From Callorhinchus milii (lineage: Eukaryota): 64,000 nucleotides of DNA. Under the pieces are notes generated by a model, which did not search any database, was not told the origin of the DNA, and saw nothing but the letters and a program-made list of their open reading frames with translations. Every line of letters starts with the position of its first letter. Position 1 is the first letter of the stretch. Location: assembly GCF_018977255.1 (NCBI RefSeq), contig NW_024704743.1, positions 20,398,001 through 20,462,000 on the forward strand. Reading direction: 5' to 3'. Of this stretch, positions 41,601-53,345 are shown piece by piece. Made by a program: the position numbers and the translations under genes.

Positions 41601-44600
41601 TTTTCATGCACTGTCGCGAAACAAGATTCGTTGCGGGAATTAGTTTTTTTTAAATAATATGCTAACTTTTCCGCGTGGGGCGATGAAAGTTTAACTCAAC
41701 CATCCTCGCCGCTGGTACACCGCTTTGTGTATCAAGCGAACTTTCGTAGTGACTGATGGAAAATAAAGACATCCTGCTGCTTGCTACTACATAAGTAACG
41801 TTATATTTTTTTCCAGTAAATACAAAACAGAGATCTGTATCCGTGGGGGTGTTGTCCTTTCACATCTTGCTTGGCTATTGAGTCACCTGTCATCTGTCCA
41901 TATGTGCCGGTGCACGATGTGATAGCTTGCGCCTACATTATTAAAGTTACAAATAGCTTAAATATAAAATGCTGCTCTTTGAACCATCAAGCCTCAAGCA
42001 ATGATTTTCATCGTCGGAAAGCAGTTCAATCGGCGCACGAACACACATATATAATACATACAGTAGATAAGGACAATGCCTGTACACCAGTTTTCAGGAG
42101 AAACCATCATCAGACCACGATGAAAGCAAGTGCGCGGTGTTGCAGATAAATTGCAACGTTGACATGGAATTGGATTCCAGGAAAATACAACTCAATCCTT
42201 TGCTTCTAGAAAGTCCATGCGAAGATCAATGAGTTGCTTTAATTCCTCCGTGGGATGTCGCGCTGACCCAGCCTTCTGTATATACTAATGAATTTATGTG
42301 CCAGTTGACGCTGATTTCTTTTCTATTCAGACCTATAAAAGGGGGGTAATTATTAAACAGACCACCGGCTTGGCTTACACAGCTTTTGCACGACTTATTG
42401 CCTCGCTGATTGCCAGTCGTGAAATATGAACCTCTTTAACGTTATTCATTTTATCGGCCGACTCTTATCAAGACTGCACGATCATGTTAAATGGCAAAGT
42501 TCCGATTACTGAAGCGGCTCAACTTGACATTTAACACTCAGCAAACCCCAAACACGTCGCTTGAAGCACAAATTGTCAACACGGGTAATGGGAACTGACA
42601 ACGTGATGACAAACGGGCATCTTAAATACCCTCGAGAAAGTCCGAAGGCAGATTCGGGATGAATATTACCAACATCACCGATGCTCAGTTGATGCAACGC
42701 CAACAGTTTTCGGTGGCCGAAACAGAAGGCAAATCTATAATTGCCCGAGCAATTTCGTCCTATACTCAGCAACACATTCTTTTATTAATATTGCATTAAG
42801 GTAAAGGACGGAATTTTCCAAAATCTTTCTCCCAAGTAAATAGGACGGCACGGATTGCATAACCAAATGAAAGGTTATTTGGTTGCAATGCGGCACACCA
42901 ATCTTGGGGGGGGGGGGGGGGAAGGATTAAAAAAAAAATCGGACCTCCTTAAATAGTCCCTTTCACGTCGACAAAAGCTGCTGATTGACAGCTTGGAGTC
43001 GGGTCAATGAGATGCATTTCAGCAAACTCCAGGGCAGTGACGTTCACATGACAAGAGGCGGTCTTGAGAAGCAGATCCTGGCGTAATTACCCCGGTAACG
43101 GATTAAAGTCAGAGCCAGTGCTGTTAGAATTAATGAGCTGGGTTACAATCTCGCTTTGCACAACACAGGACTTGGGAAACATGGATATTCGCAGATTCCT
43201 GCATTGTTCCAGGGTTCACATTTTGAAGGTAAGGGGGTGGGTGGGTGGGGGGGGAGTGTGTGTGTGTGTGTGTGGGGGTGGGGGGGGGGGGGGGGGGGGT
43301 GCAGGGCACAGAAAAAAAACCCATGAAGAACTGGGTTGTTGGTGTGCAGAATTCTGTGTCACGTACGTGATAGAAGAATACACCAAGAGTTCAAGAGCAG
43401 TATTTAAATCAGGTACGAAAGAAAAGAGAAGTGAAACTGAACTCGACTGAATTTGGCAACTGCACTGATCATGCGAGCGTGGTTTGCGCCTGCGTCGCCA
43501 GCCTGTTTATCACTTCCACAGACAAGAGAGCAGTTATAACACTTCACTATGAGGCTGTAAACCGCATTTAACCTCACCCAGACTCGAGACCGCAGAATCC
43601 CGAACTCCTCGATAGTTAATTAAATACCATATAGCTTAAAACTACCTTTAACATGAAAGCCCCGGTTTAATTTAGACAGTTTAATCCAGCATGAGGTCAA
43701 GTCATTCTGAAGAGATCCTTGTTATGCTGTAGGCAAGTATGCACACAGCTAAATCTATATGCGGATTAGCTAAACGTTAACAAAGAACCATGTGAAACTC
43801 AGGAAATCTTCCATCAACAATGGCTTTTAAGATGTTCCTATCTGCTAACAGAGATCTCGGTAATGGGGTGATTGAATGCAACCGAATCAGTAGGGTAAGG
43901 GTTAAACCAATTGCATGCCGAAGACAGACAGAAATGACAGAAAGTTGCACACCGCATGTCTAGATATAAGGGAACCAAGACGGTGAGATATGAGTTAGAC
44001 GCAGATTGTATATAGCCTTATTGTTTTCTTTAAAACAGTTAAATGTTGTATGCATATAACGAAGAAAGGGATTGCGAAATGTAAACTAACAGCTTTGATT
44101 TATTCTTAAGAATGTATATTGATTGGTAAAATGTGACCAGATGTTATACCGAGTCGTGAGTTTAATCAACAGTATTTCGAACAATTTACCTCTGTGAATT
44201 TAACGCAACCGCTGGTTAATTCTTTCAAAGAAGCAGATAATGGCTCTCATTTTATTAATTTGAAATTTGTATGGGGAAATACTACAATACTTGTTGCAAC
44301 ACAGATCGATGTCCAATTCCTAGGACAGCATAAATGGTCAACGTTATCTTAAATATGCATTAGCACACACAACACACTCCTATTTGATCTGCAGCCTCTT
44401 TGAGCCTATCTACACTGTAGCCTCGATTGCCAACGGTTAAGTATTGGTTTGCATCGAGTCATTTCTTTGGAAGCAAATGTATGCAAAGAAAAAAAACAAT
44501 GGAAATTAAGTTTATTTACGTACACGGCATTAGAACAAACACACAGTTTCTCGGCGTGACACCCAGTCGAGGTTGAATTTACGGATGCTCACATTACCAG

Positions 44601-45391
44601 GCAGTTGTAGCAGAGAGAACAGAGTTTCACATTTTTATTGTGAATGTTTTTTTTGCAAACGCAGCTACGCACAGTTCGCCGCCTCCTTAAAGCAATAATG
44701 CATTTCCGCCTTCAGCACTCAAGACAAGGTGGATCTGTCTACTATTTACAGTACTGAACTCCTGTACCACCCCATGTTTTAACAGTAAGTGTGGTGTTTT
44801 TAATTTGGCACGTGAAAAAAAAAATCACGCGATTACGATTTACCTTTCAAACAACTAACCCGCTTTGCATCGTGTGTGTGTGTGTGTGTAAAAAAAAAAC
44901 ACCGCTGTGTTGTGTTTGTGCTGTGTTGTGGCGCTGGGGATGGGGAAACCTGGTTTCCAATCGGAGAGACGAAACAAAAATCCCCCAAGACGCTCTTGGG
45001 ATGACAGAGTAACTATTAAAAGCGAAGCAATTTTTAATGATGTCCTTTTTGTGGAAGATAACTTGTCGCCCGTTGATGCCGAGTGCCCCCGTGCTCTTTT
45101 GCATTGCAGAGGAGAGGAGAGCCCCCCAAACCAGCTTTGCTGTAAACCCGCTCCTTTGTGGGTCGATGAGAGAGAGAGAGAGAGAGAGAGAAAAAAAAAC
45201 AGCTCACGGCTGCTGCGTGCAAACCCTCACATTTAGGAGATAGTTTGCCAGCGATGTTGCTGCAGCGCACAGACCCCAACGCACGTAAAGTGACCCCTGA
45301 TCAGCAGTAAATCGCCAGCCCCAGTTAGCGGTGGGCAGCGAACCTGCTGCAGGCGGTCATCTCGGCAATCATATTGGCACTGGGTTTGCAC

Positions 45392-45422
<31 letters not shown>

Positions 45423-45800
45423 ATCCCTCCAAACATGAAACATCTGTCCCGCAACCCCGGAACTATCCATCCATCCATCCATCCATCCCCACCAACCAAC
45501 CACCGCTCTCCCGAACCCGCACCGCAAACATCGCGCACATCAGACGTTCTGTGCCCTGCGAACGCCTCAGAAATACGACGATTTATTGAAACGTGCAGCT
45601 GCTCAGTGGAGGCCATTCGGCCTATCCAGTCTGCACTGACTCACACAGCAAGCTGCTCTGCTCTTTCCCCAAGCCCTCATCGGGAGGCAAACGTGATTAA
45701 CCTGTCTACTTCCACATTGAATCCCACCACGGACTCTTGCCTCTGCCAATTCCCAACAACTCTCTGTCCAGTTGTACTGAATCCCAGAACCATGCACCAC

Positions 45801-46481
45801 ACAAGATTACATTTGTATAGCGCCTTTCAAGTCGGGAGGACGTCCCAAGGCGCTGGACAGTGTACAGCATTTCAGACCCGAGCTGGGGTCAGGGGGGGGA
45901 GAAGGGAGGGGAAGGGGGGTGGTCGATGACATGGTTGAAGAGGAGGGTTTTGAGCCAGGACTTGAAGGAAGCTGAGGGGGGTGGGGGGAGCGGAGTGATT
46001 GGGGGATGGAATTCCAGAGGTTGGGGGCAGAGTGGCTGAAGGCTCTTCCGCCAGTGGTGGGGCGGATGAGTCAGGGGACATGGAGCAGGCCGGAGCCGAC
46101 TGAGCGGAGGGAGTGGGCGGGTTGGTAGGGGGTTAGGAGGTTGCAGAGGTAGGGTGGGGTGAGGCCATGGAAGGCTTTGTAGGTGAGAACCAGGATCTTG
46201 AACTGGATCCTCTGAAGGATAAGGAGCCCCAATGGAGTCGGGCGAGAGTGGGGTTGATGTGGTTACGGGGTTGGTGTGGGAGAGGACACGGGCTGCAGAG
46301 TTCTGGATGATCTGCAGCCTGTGGAGGGAGGAGTTGGGAAGGCCGACAAGCAGAGTGTTTGCATAGTTGAGCCTGGAGGTGATGAAGGCATGAACAAGAG
46401 TTTCAGTGGCCTGGTGGTGTCGAGCGATGTTGTGGAGGTGAGGGAAGGCAGAGCGGGTCCTGGCTTGGATGTGGGGAAGAA
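45801..46481 (-). mobile_element. L2-clade LINE, 5'-truncated
   Basis: Minus-strand translation PHIQARTRSAFPHLHNIA...ETLVHAFITSRLNYANTLLVGLP...LQIIQNSAARVL is typical of the L2 ORF2 C-terminus; tail gaaaggcgctatacaaatgtaatcttgt. Confidence 0.9.
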
Positions 46482-46869
46482 CTAGGTTGCTGCTGCCATA
46501 GTGCACTGCAAACCTCCCAAACTCCTGAACTACTGTGCAACAAACCTGTTTTTCAAATCCATTCACTCCCTGTCACCTCCCTACCTCAACCACCTCCTCA
46601 CTTCCAATCCAGCTCAACTGGCACCAGCCTCCTGCTTGTCCCTCACGCCCTCTGTTCTACCACTGGAGGTCACGCTTTGCTCCCTCTCTTCCCTTTTTCA
46701 AGTCCCACCGGAAAACCTTCCTTTTTGACCATGCTTCCAGTCACCCCCCACACCCACCCTCCTCGGAGTCAGGCTCCGCCGCTGTTAAGCTCTCGAGACG
46801 CTACCCTGGTGGAGGGTATGATATAAGTGCAAGTTGCTTTTGTTGTGCTCCCGCACCCAGAACTACTGT

Positions 46870-47370
46870 GCAAGAAACCTCCCACACCCAAACACTGCAG
46901 CGCAAACACCCTGCGCCCCAGAGTTGTGCAGTGCAAATTTCCCGCACTTCGAGACGAGCTGCGCAAATTGTCCGCCCGCAAAGTGCAGTCGCTTCACTTT
47001 ACGGTATATTCTGCGAAGCGCTTTGAGACGCCTCGAAGACGCGATGAGGTGCTTCATCAAATGCAAGGATTATTATTATTATTACAGTGCAGCGCAAGCC
47101 TCCAGCATCCCAGCACCGTGCTGCGCAAACCTCCTGCACCCCAGGGGCACCCAACGCAAACCTCCCGCACCCCAAGTCCATCCAACGCAAACCTCCCGCA
47201 CCGCAAGTCCATCCAACGCAAACCTCCCGCACCCCAGGTCCGTGCAACGCAAAACTTCCTGCAGCCAGAACCGTGCTGCGCACACTTCCCGCGCCCTCGT
47301 GAGTCGGCAAATCTCCCGTAACCCCAGGAGCGTACGGCGCAAACTTTCCGCAACGTAAACCTCCCGCAAC
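46870..47370 (+). repeat. Degenerate ~31-bp minisatellite (cgcaaacctcccgcaccccaagtccatccaa) interrupted by a SINE tail at ~46975-47083
   Basis: More than 10 recognisable units containing gcaaacctcccgca or variants, directly upstream of SPAG6. Confidence 0.85.
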
Positions 47371-47429
47371 ACAGGAGCGAGAGAGAGAGAGAGAGAGAGC
47401 GCGAGAGAGAGAGAGAGAGAGGTGGTGGG

Positions 47430-47616
47430 AGATTGACAGGCGCCGCTCCGTACGTCACAAACACACGGTGACCCCTGGGGGGGGGGCGGGGCGGGGGCGG
47501 GAGGGGAGCCCGGAGCTGCTTCCGGGTCGTTGCCCATGGCGACGGCGGCGCCGCTGGACTCAGAGCCGGGGCCGGTGGTGGGCAGCGAGAGGCGAGGCTG
47601 AGATCACGGCAGCACC
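47430..47616 (+). promoter_or_regulatory. SPAG6: SPAG6 promoter/5'UTR: RFX X-box GTTGCCCATGGCGAC (47529-47543), GC boxes, CRE half-site, forkhead-like ACAAACA, ETS-like CTTCCGG
   Basis: Motifs seen in a CpG island just upstream of the ATG; RFX/FOXJ1 control is established for motile-cilia genes. Confidence 0.7.
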
Positions 47617-47641
47617 ATGAGCCAGAGACTCGCCTTACAAG
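47617..47641 (+). CDS. SPAG6: SPAG6 coding exon 1 (25 nt)
   Basis: cagcaccATG Kozak context; MSQRLALQ g|gtgctt. Confidence 0.9.
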
Positions 47642-47861
47642 GTGCTTACCGCGGAGCCAGAGCAGAGCCACCCGCGAGGAACCCGAACCGAAGGCTGCGC
47701 CTTAATCGGCAAATTTCTCCCTTTTCGTTTGCACCGCTTTTTGTCAATCTCCCGTTTCGCATTTTCCGGGAGTTCTCTGGTTGTTCATTTCGGTCTCGGG
47801 GCCACAGACGGGTACACCCCCGGGTGTGGTGTGTCTTTGTGTGGTGTCTTTTTATGTGCGT

Positions 47862-47899
<38 letters not shown>

Positions 47900-50040
47900 A
47901 ACCCAAACACACACACATGCCAGAACTGGTTTGGACGATCCGCATCGAGTTCCAATCTGAAGCGTAGCTTACCCGAGGCGGCAGTCTTTGCTTTCTACTC
48001 TTTCTACGCTCCGAGACGCCGTTCAGCGGGAAGGGCGCTGTGTAAATGCAACTTGTTGTTGGGCGCGAAGTCCACGCTGACCTCTTACTGTTGGCTACTT
48101 GCTTTGGTGGGCAACCAGCTACCCTTTGCTGTCGGGCAACCCTGCAGTTGGATACCCTTCAGTACGGCGATAGGTTTCCACATACGTCAGACTCACCCAC
48201 CGAAAAAACCTCACTTAACGGCTAAGGACACGATTACGTACTTACTACAACAACAACAACAACAACAGCAGCAGCAAAATTACATTTGTAAAACGCCTTT
48301 CATGTCGGGAGGATGTCCCAAGGCGCTGCTGGGCAGACAGAGTTTCGGACCCGAGCTGGGGGTCGGGATCGGGGAGGGTGGAGGGCAGGGGGAGAAGCAG
48401 AGGGATCGAAATCATAGTCGAAGAGGAGGGCCTTGAGATGAGTCTTGCAGGAGGCAAGGGAGGGAGTTCCAGAGGGTGGGGGCAGAGTGGCAGAAGACCT
48501 GCCCACCCATAGTGGGGCGAGCGAGGCGGGGGACGTGAAGCAGGCCGGAGCCTGCTGAGCGGAGGATGGTAGGGGGTTAGGAGGTCGCAGAAGTGGGGGG
48601 TAGCAAGACCATGGAGGGCATTGAAGGTGAGGATCAGTATATTGAACTATCTTTTGTGTGATGGGACGCCAGTGGAGTCGGGTGAGGATGTGGGTGATAG
48701 GGTCACGGAGCCCGGTGCGGGAGAGGACATGGGCTGCAAAGTTCTGGATGATCTGCAGCCTATGGAGGGAGGAGTTGGGGAGGCCGACAAGCAGGGAGTT
48801 TGCATAGGCAAGACTCGATGTAATGAAAGCGCATATGAAGATTTCGTTGGCCTGCGGTGTGAGACAGTGGTGGAGCCGGGCGATGTTGCAGAGGTGGGGG
48901 TAGGGCGGGTCATAGCACAGATGTGGGGTAGGAAGAATAGTTGAGGGTCAAACAAGACGCCAAGTTTCCGGATTGGCTTAGCAAGGCGGAGTGTGCATCC
49001 ATGGATGGTGATGCTGTCAGCGCCTGAGTGAGGGGTGCTGACGGGAGCCAATCAGGAGAGCCTCGGTCTTGTTGACATTCAACTGGAGAAAGTTAGCTCT
49101 CATCCAGGACTTGATGTCTGATAGACATTCTGTCAGGACAGCAGTGGTCCTGGAGTCAAGGGTGGAAGCAGAGAGGTACGGTTGGGTGTCATCCACATAC
49201 ATGTGGAAGTTGACCCCATGTCTGCGGTGATGTCACCAAAAGGGAGCATATAGATATAGAAGAGGAGGGGACCAAGGACAGAGCCCAGAGGAACGCCGCC
49301 CAAGACGGTGCGGGGGCTAGAGGAAAAACTTTGCAGAGATGAAGTGTGTGAGAGATACAATCTGAACTAATCAAGGACAGAGCTGTGAAGGTGAGAGGAG
49401 AGTTGGTGGATGAGGATAGAGTGGTCAATGGTGTGGAAGGCAGCAGAGAGGTCAAAGAGGATGAGGAGGCAGAGAGGGAGCCCTGGTCATAGATGGACAG
49501 TATACCATTTGTCACTTAGACCAGGGCTGTTTCTGTGCTGTGGACGGCACGGAAACCTGATTGAAGAGTGTTCGTGAAGGGAGTGGAGGGAAAGGAAGCT
49601 GCAAAGCTGGGAAGCAATAGCTCGTTCCAGGACCTTGGAGAGGAAAGGGAGGTTGGAGATGGGGCGGTAGTTACTACCAAATGTAAAATATGAAACTTTA
49701 CAAAGTAATATTAACTTTTCAAATGTTATTATAGGACAGTGACTGGCTCTTCAATATTTAAAAAAAATGCCTTAGTGATGGGAGCTGACATCCACATTGC
49801 ATGAATCATGACTAATTTATAAGGGACAGACTTACAAGTGTTGTTTCGAGGGATTCAGTGCAAATTTTGCGGCAATTTGCATTTTGAAAATCATAATAAT
49901 CCTAATTATTTTAAATAAGTTAATTTATATTGCTCTGTTTTCAGTTTTTGAACAGTACCAGAGAGCGAGATCCCAGTTTGTACAAACAATTGCAGAACTC
50001 GCCACAAGGCCACAAAATATTGAAACTCTACAGAATGCAG
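47617..50040 (+). CDS. SPAG6: Sperm-associated antigen 6 (axonemal central-pair armadillo-repeat protein, PF16 ortholog), 5' partial: coding exons 1-2
   Basis: Spliced translation MSQRLALQVFEQYQRARSQFVQTIAELATRPQNIETLQNA matches the SPAG6/PF16 N-terminus; syntenic downstream of BMI1; next exon not found before 64000. Confidence 0.95.
48248..49672 (-). mobile_element. L2-clade LINE, truncated and frameshifted, in SPAG6 intron 1
   Basis: RT motifs on the minus strand: NYRPISNLPFLSKVLE, GVPLGSVLGPLLFYIYM, YVDDTQ, WMRANFLQLNVNKTE; (TTG)n tail. Confidence 0.92.
49945..50040 (+). CDS. SPAG6: SPAG6 coding exon 2 (96 nt)
   Basis: tttcag| FEQYQRARSQFVQTIAELATRPQNIETLQNA g|gtaagg. Confidence 0.96.
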
Positions 50041-51329
50041 GTAAGGGAGGAATATGCACTATGAGCAGAACTTCTAAATACAGAACTCCTGACATGAAGA
50101 ACAAAGTGGTATCTGGCACAAATGTGGGCATTTGCCCACATAATACCACTTTACAGTGTATCCTCTGAAGTGCTTTGAGACGTCTTGACGACGTAATAAG
50201 GCGCTATATCAAAGGATTAGTAGGATTATTGTTTTTGACTAATATTATTCGTGCCCTACAAATTTAAATGATTGCTCCGTTTTCAGTTTTTACCATCACT
50301 GCAATATTTATGTAATAATGTTTAATGTAATACTTTTCTAATACAGTAAACTCCTGATAACTCATTCCTGGCTTAACTTGTCACTACTACTTAAGTCATC
50401 ATGCTGTCAATATCCCAGCTGTATTTATTTATATATCTACACATTTGCCTTACTTGCCATTCAGGATAACTTGTCACTAAGCCTTTTTCACTTGGAGTTT
50501 TTTTATGATATAAATCTACTATATATTGTTTAAGTTTTAAGTTTTGATTGCCCATAGATAGATTCGTAAAAAGTTTACACCAAGTGGAAGATCCATTGGC
50601 CTGTCTTTTTAATCCAATTTTCCTGCTCCTTTATAGTAGCTTTAATTTTATTTTTACTCAAGTATTTATCCAATTCCTTTTTGAATGGTTGTGTGTATAC
50701 TGTAACAGTTTTCTGATTTATGGCATTCCACATTCTAACAACCTTGTGTATAAAATGCTTTCTTCTAATATCCCTCTCTTACTTCTCAATTTATACACTT
50801 TGTAACTGAATAATCAGTGGAAGTGGTCTCTATTTATTTAATCTTTTAAAACTATAATTAGGAACCTCCTATTAGACTACTTGAACCTTCAGAAAGCTTA
50901 TTTAATTGACTTTAATTCATTTTTAAAGTAGATCAATATTTAAAATATGTGTAGCAAGTATTATAATTTGGAAAGAAGGGATAAGACAATACTGTACTGA
51001 AATCTAGATTCCTAACACATTTAACAATTCGGACACATTAAGTAGGGTAATTCTTGGCTTCTGACTTTGTATGGAGATCTTGGAGAACATATATGGAGGT
51101 AGTTATTGTTACTGATGCAGCATTGTTTTCTTATTCAAAGAAAATAATTCATAGAGTTAAACATAGTTTGGACTTCACAGAAGCATAATACTTTTTCAAA
51201 ATATGTAATTTTGAATAAAGAGCTGCTCTGTAGGGCACAAAATACTACTGTAGTTATAAAGCCTAACAAAGAATTAGAACATGGATCTGTCACTTAGATT
51301 TGCATATTCTGTATTTGTATATGCGTTTC

Positions 51330-51880
51330 ACCCTCAAATGCATAGTCACTACACTTTACAGTATATTCTGTGAAGCGCTTTGAGATGTTTCGAAGACTTG
51401 AGAAGGCATATATTAAATTGACGGATTATTATAATTATATTAACCACCTCACTGAGCCTATGTGCAACCTTGGAATTATGTTTAATCCTCAGCTCTCTAT
51501 CCTTCTTTACATTCAGCCCCTGGCTAAGACTGCTTTTCTTCATCTTCATCACATTGCCTGCTTCCGTGCAGGTGATGCGGCAAAACTCCTTTGTTGCCTC
51601 CAGACTGGACTTCTTCAATGTCCTCCAAGCCAACCTCCTCCTCTGTGACCTTCTGCAGCCTCACTCTCCTGTCAAATCTGGGTGTGCTTTGTGTTCCTCG
51701 TCCCCAGTGCCCCACTGTTGGACATTATTCTCCTACCTAAATCCCTCAACCTGCCCAACCCCCTTTGAAAGCCTACCTTTTTGCATACTGTCAACTTTCT
51801 CCTCACCCTCCCACTTGCCCTAATCAGTTTCGGGCATCCCCTCTTTAAAGTGTTTTGAGACTTTAAACCTACATGAAAAG
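51330..51880 (+). mobile_element. SINE tail followed by a degenerate L2 fragment
   Basis: SINE tail 51330-51440, then NLGIMFNPQLSILLYIQPLAKTAFLHLHHIA (L2 ORF2-like). Confidence 0.65.
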
Positions 51881-52029
51881 TTTAACCAACCATAAAGTTT
51901 AACTTACCTAAATTTTCATCATCCCACATCCTCACCTGTAATAATGTCCACGTGCCCGTCACCCGAGTTCTCACCAGACTTCACTGATTCCCTGCCGGTA
52001 AGCATAACGTAACATAGCATAACATGTAG

Positions 52030-52889
52030 GACCAGGAGTAGGCCATTCGGCCCTTCAAGCCTGCCCTGCCATTCAATCATGGCTAATCTTCTAATCTAAT
52101 TCCAGCTAATAACCTAACCCTGCCTTATCCCCATATCCCTTAATCCCTTTTGCAATAAGAAATCTATCTATCTTAGTCTTGAATATGTTCAAGGACTGAG
52201 AGTCAACAGCCCTTTGGGGTAGTGAGTTCCATACATTCACCACCCTTTGAGTGAAGAAGTTCTTCCTCAACTCAGTGCGAAAGGGCTGGCCTCTGATTTT
52301 AAGGTTGTGACCCCTGGCTTTAGTTTCTCCAACCGGGGGAAACAATCTCCCACTATCTACTCTATCGTGCAATTTGATAATCTTATAGGTTTCTATAAGA
52401 TCCTCTCTAATTCTTCTATATTCTAGAGAATATAGCCCCAAATTGGTCAGCCTATCCTCATAACTCACCCAACTTCATCCCTGGTATTAACCTAATAAAT
52501 CTACACTGCACCCCCTCCAAGGCAGGTGCATCCTTCCTTAAATAAGGAGACCACAACTGCACACAGTATTCCAGGTGTGGTCTCACCAGGGCCCTATATA
52601 TTTGCAGCAAGACTTCCCTACCCTTATACTCTAATCCTTTCATAATGAATGCTAACATACCGTTCGCCTTCCTAATTGCTTGCTGCGCCTGTAGACTAAC
52701 TTTCTGTGATTGGTGTACAAGGACACCCAAGTCCCTCTGGACGCTAACACATTCCAATCTCTCCCCTTCTAAAAAATAACCCACTCTACTGTTTTTGCTA
52801 CTTAGGTGGATCACTTTGCACTTCCCTACATTATACTTCATCTGCCACCTACCTGCCCAATCACCTAACCTATCTATGTCTCGCTGCAT
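52030..52889 (-). mobile_element. CR1-clade LINE 3' fragment
   Basis: QRDIDRLGDWAGRWQMKYNVGKCKVIH...YRALVRPHLEYCVQLWSP...LYSLEYRRIREDLIETYKII...RGHNLK...FFTQRVVNVWNSLP. Confidence 0.93.
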
Positions 52890-52935
52890 TTTTTTAATGT
52901 CGTCTTCTGTGTTTTTAATGTCGTCCTCTGTGCAC

Positions 52936-53345
52936 TTGGCTTGTATTCCCTTGAGTTTAGAAGGTTGAGGGGTGATCTAATTGAGCTATTTAAAACGATA
53001 AAGCGATTCGATAGGGTAGATACAGAGAGATTATTTTCTCTGGTGGGAGAATCTAGAACAAGGTGGCATAATCTTAAAGTTAGAGCTAAACCAATTAGGA
53101 GTGAAATCAGGAAGCACGTTTTCACTCAGAGGGTAGTGGAAATCTGGAACTCTCTCCCCCAAACGGCTGTTTCTGTTGGATCAATTGAAATTTTCAAGAC
53201 TGAGGTCAATAGAGTTTCGTTAGGTCAGGGTGTCAAGGGATTATGGAGCAAAGGCGGATAAATGGAGTTGAGGTATGGATCGGCCATGATCTAATAGAAT
53301 GGCGGAACAGGCTCGAGGGGTTGAATGGCCTACTCCTGTTCCAAT
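52936..53345 (+). mobile_element. CR1-clade LINE 3' fragment, opposite orientation
   Basis: YSLEFRRLRGDLIELFK...FTQRVVEIWNSLP; 3'UTR ggttgaatggcctactcctgttcc. Confidence 0.92.

Noticed and set aside
46870-47370. Repeat array resembling a CRISPR repeat-spacer structure
   Set aside because: Vertebrate DNA with no cas genes; the inter-repeat segments are homologous to one another, so it is a minisatellite
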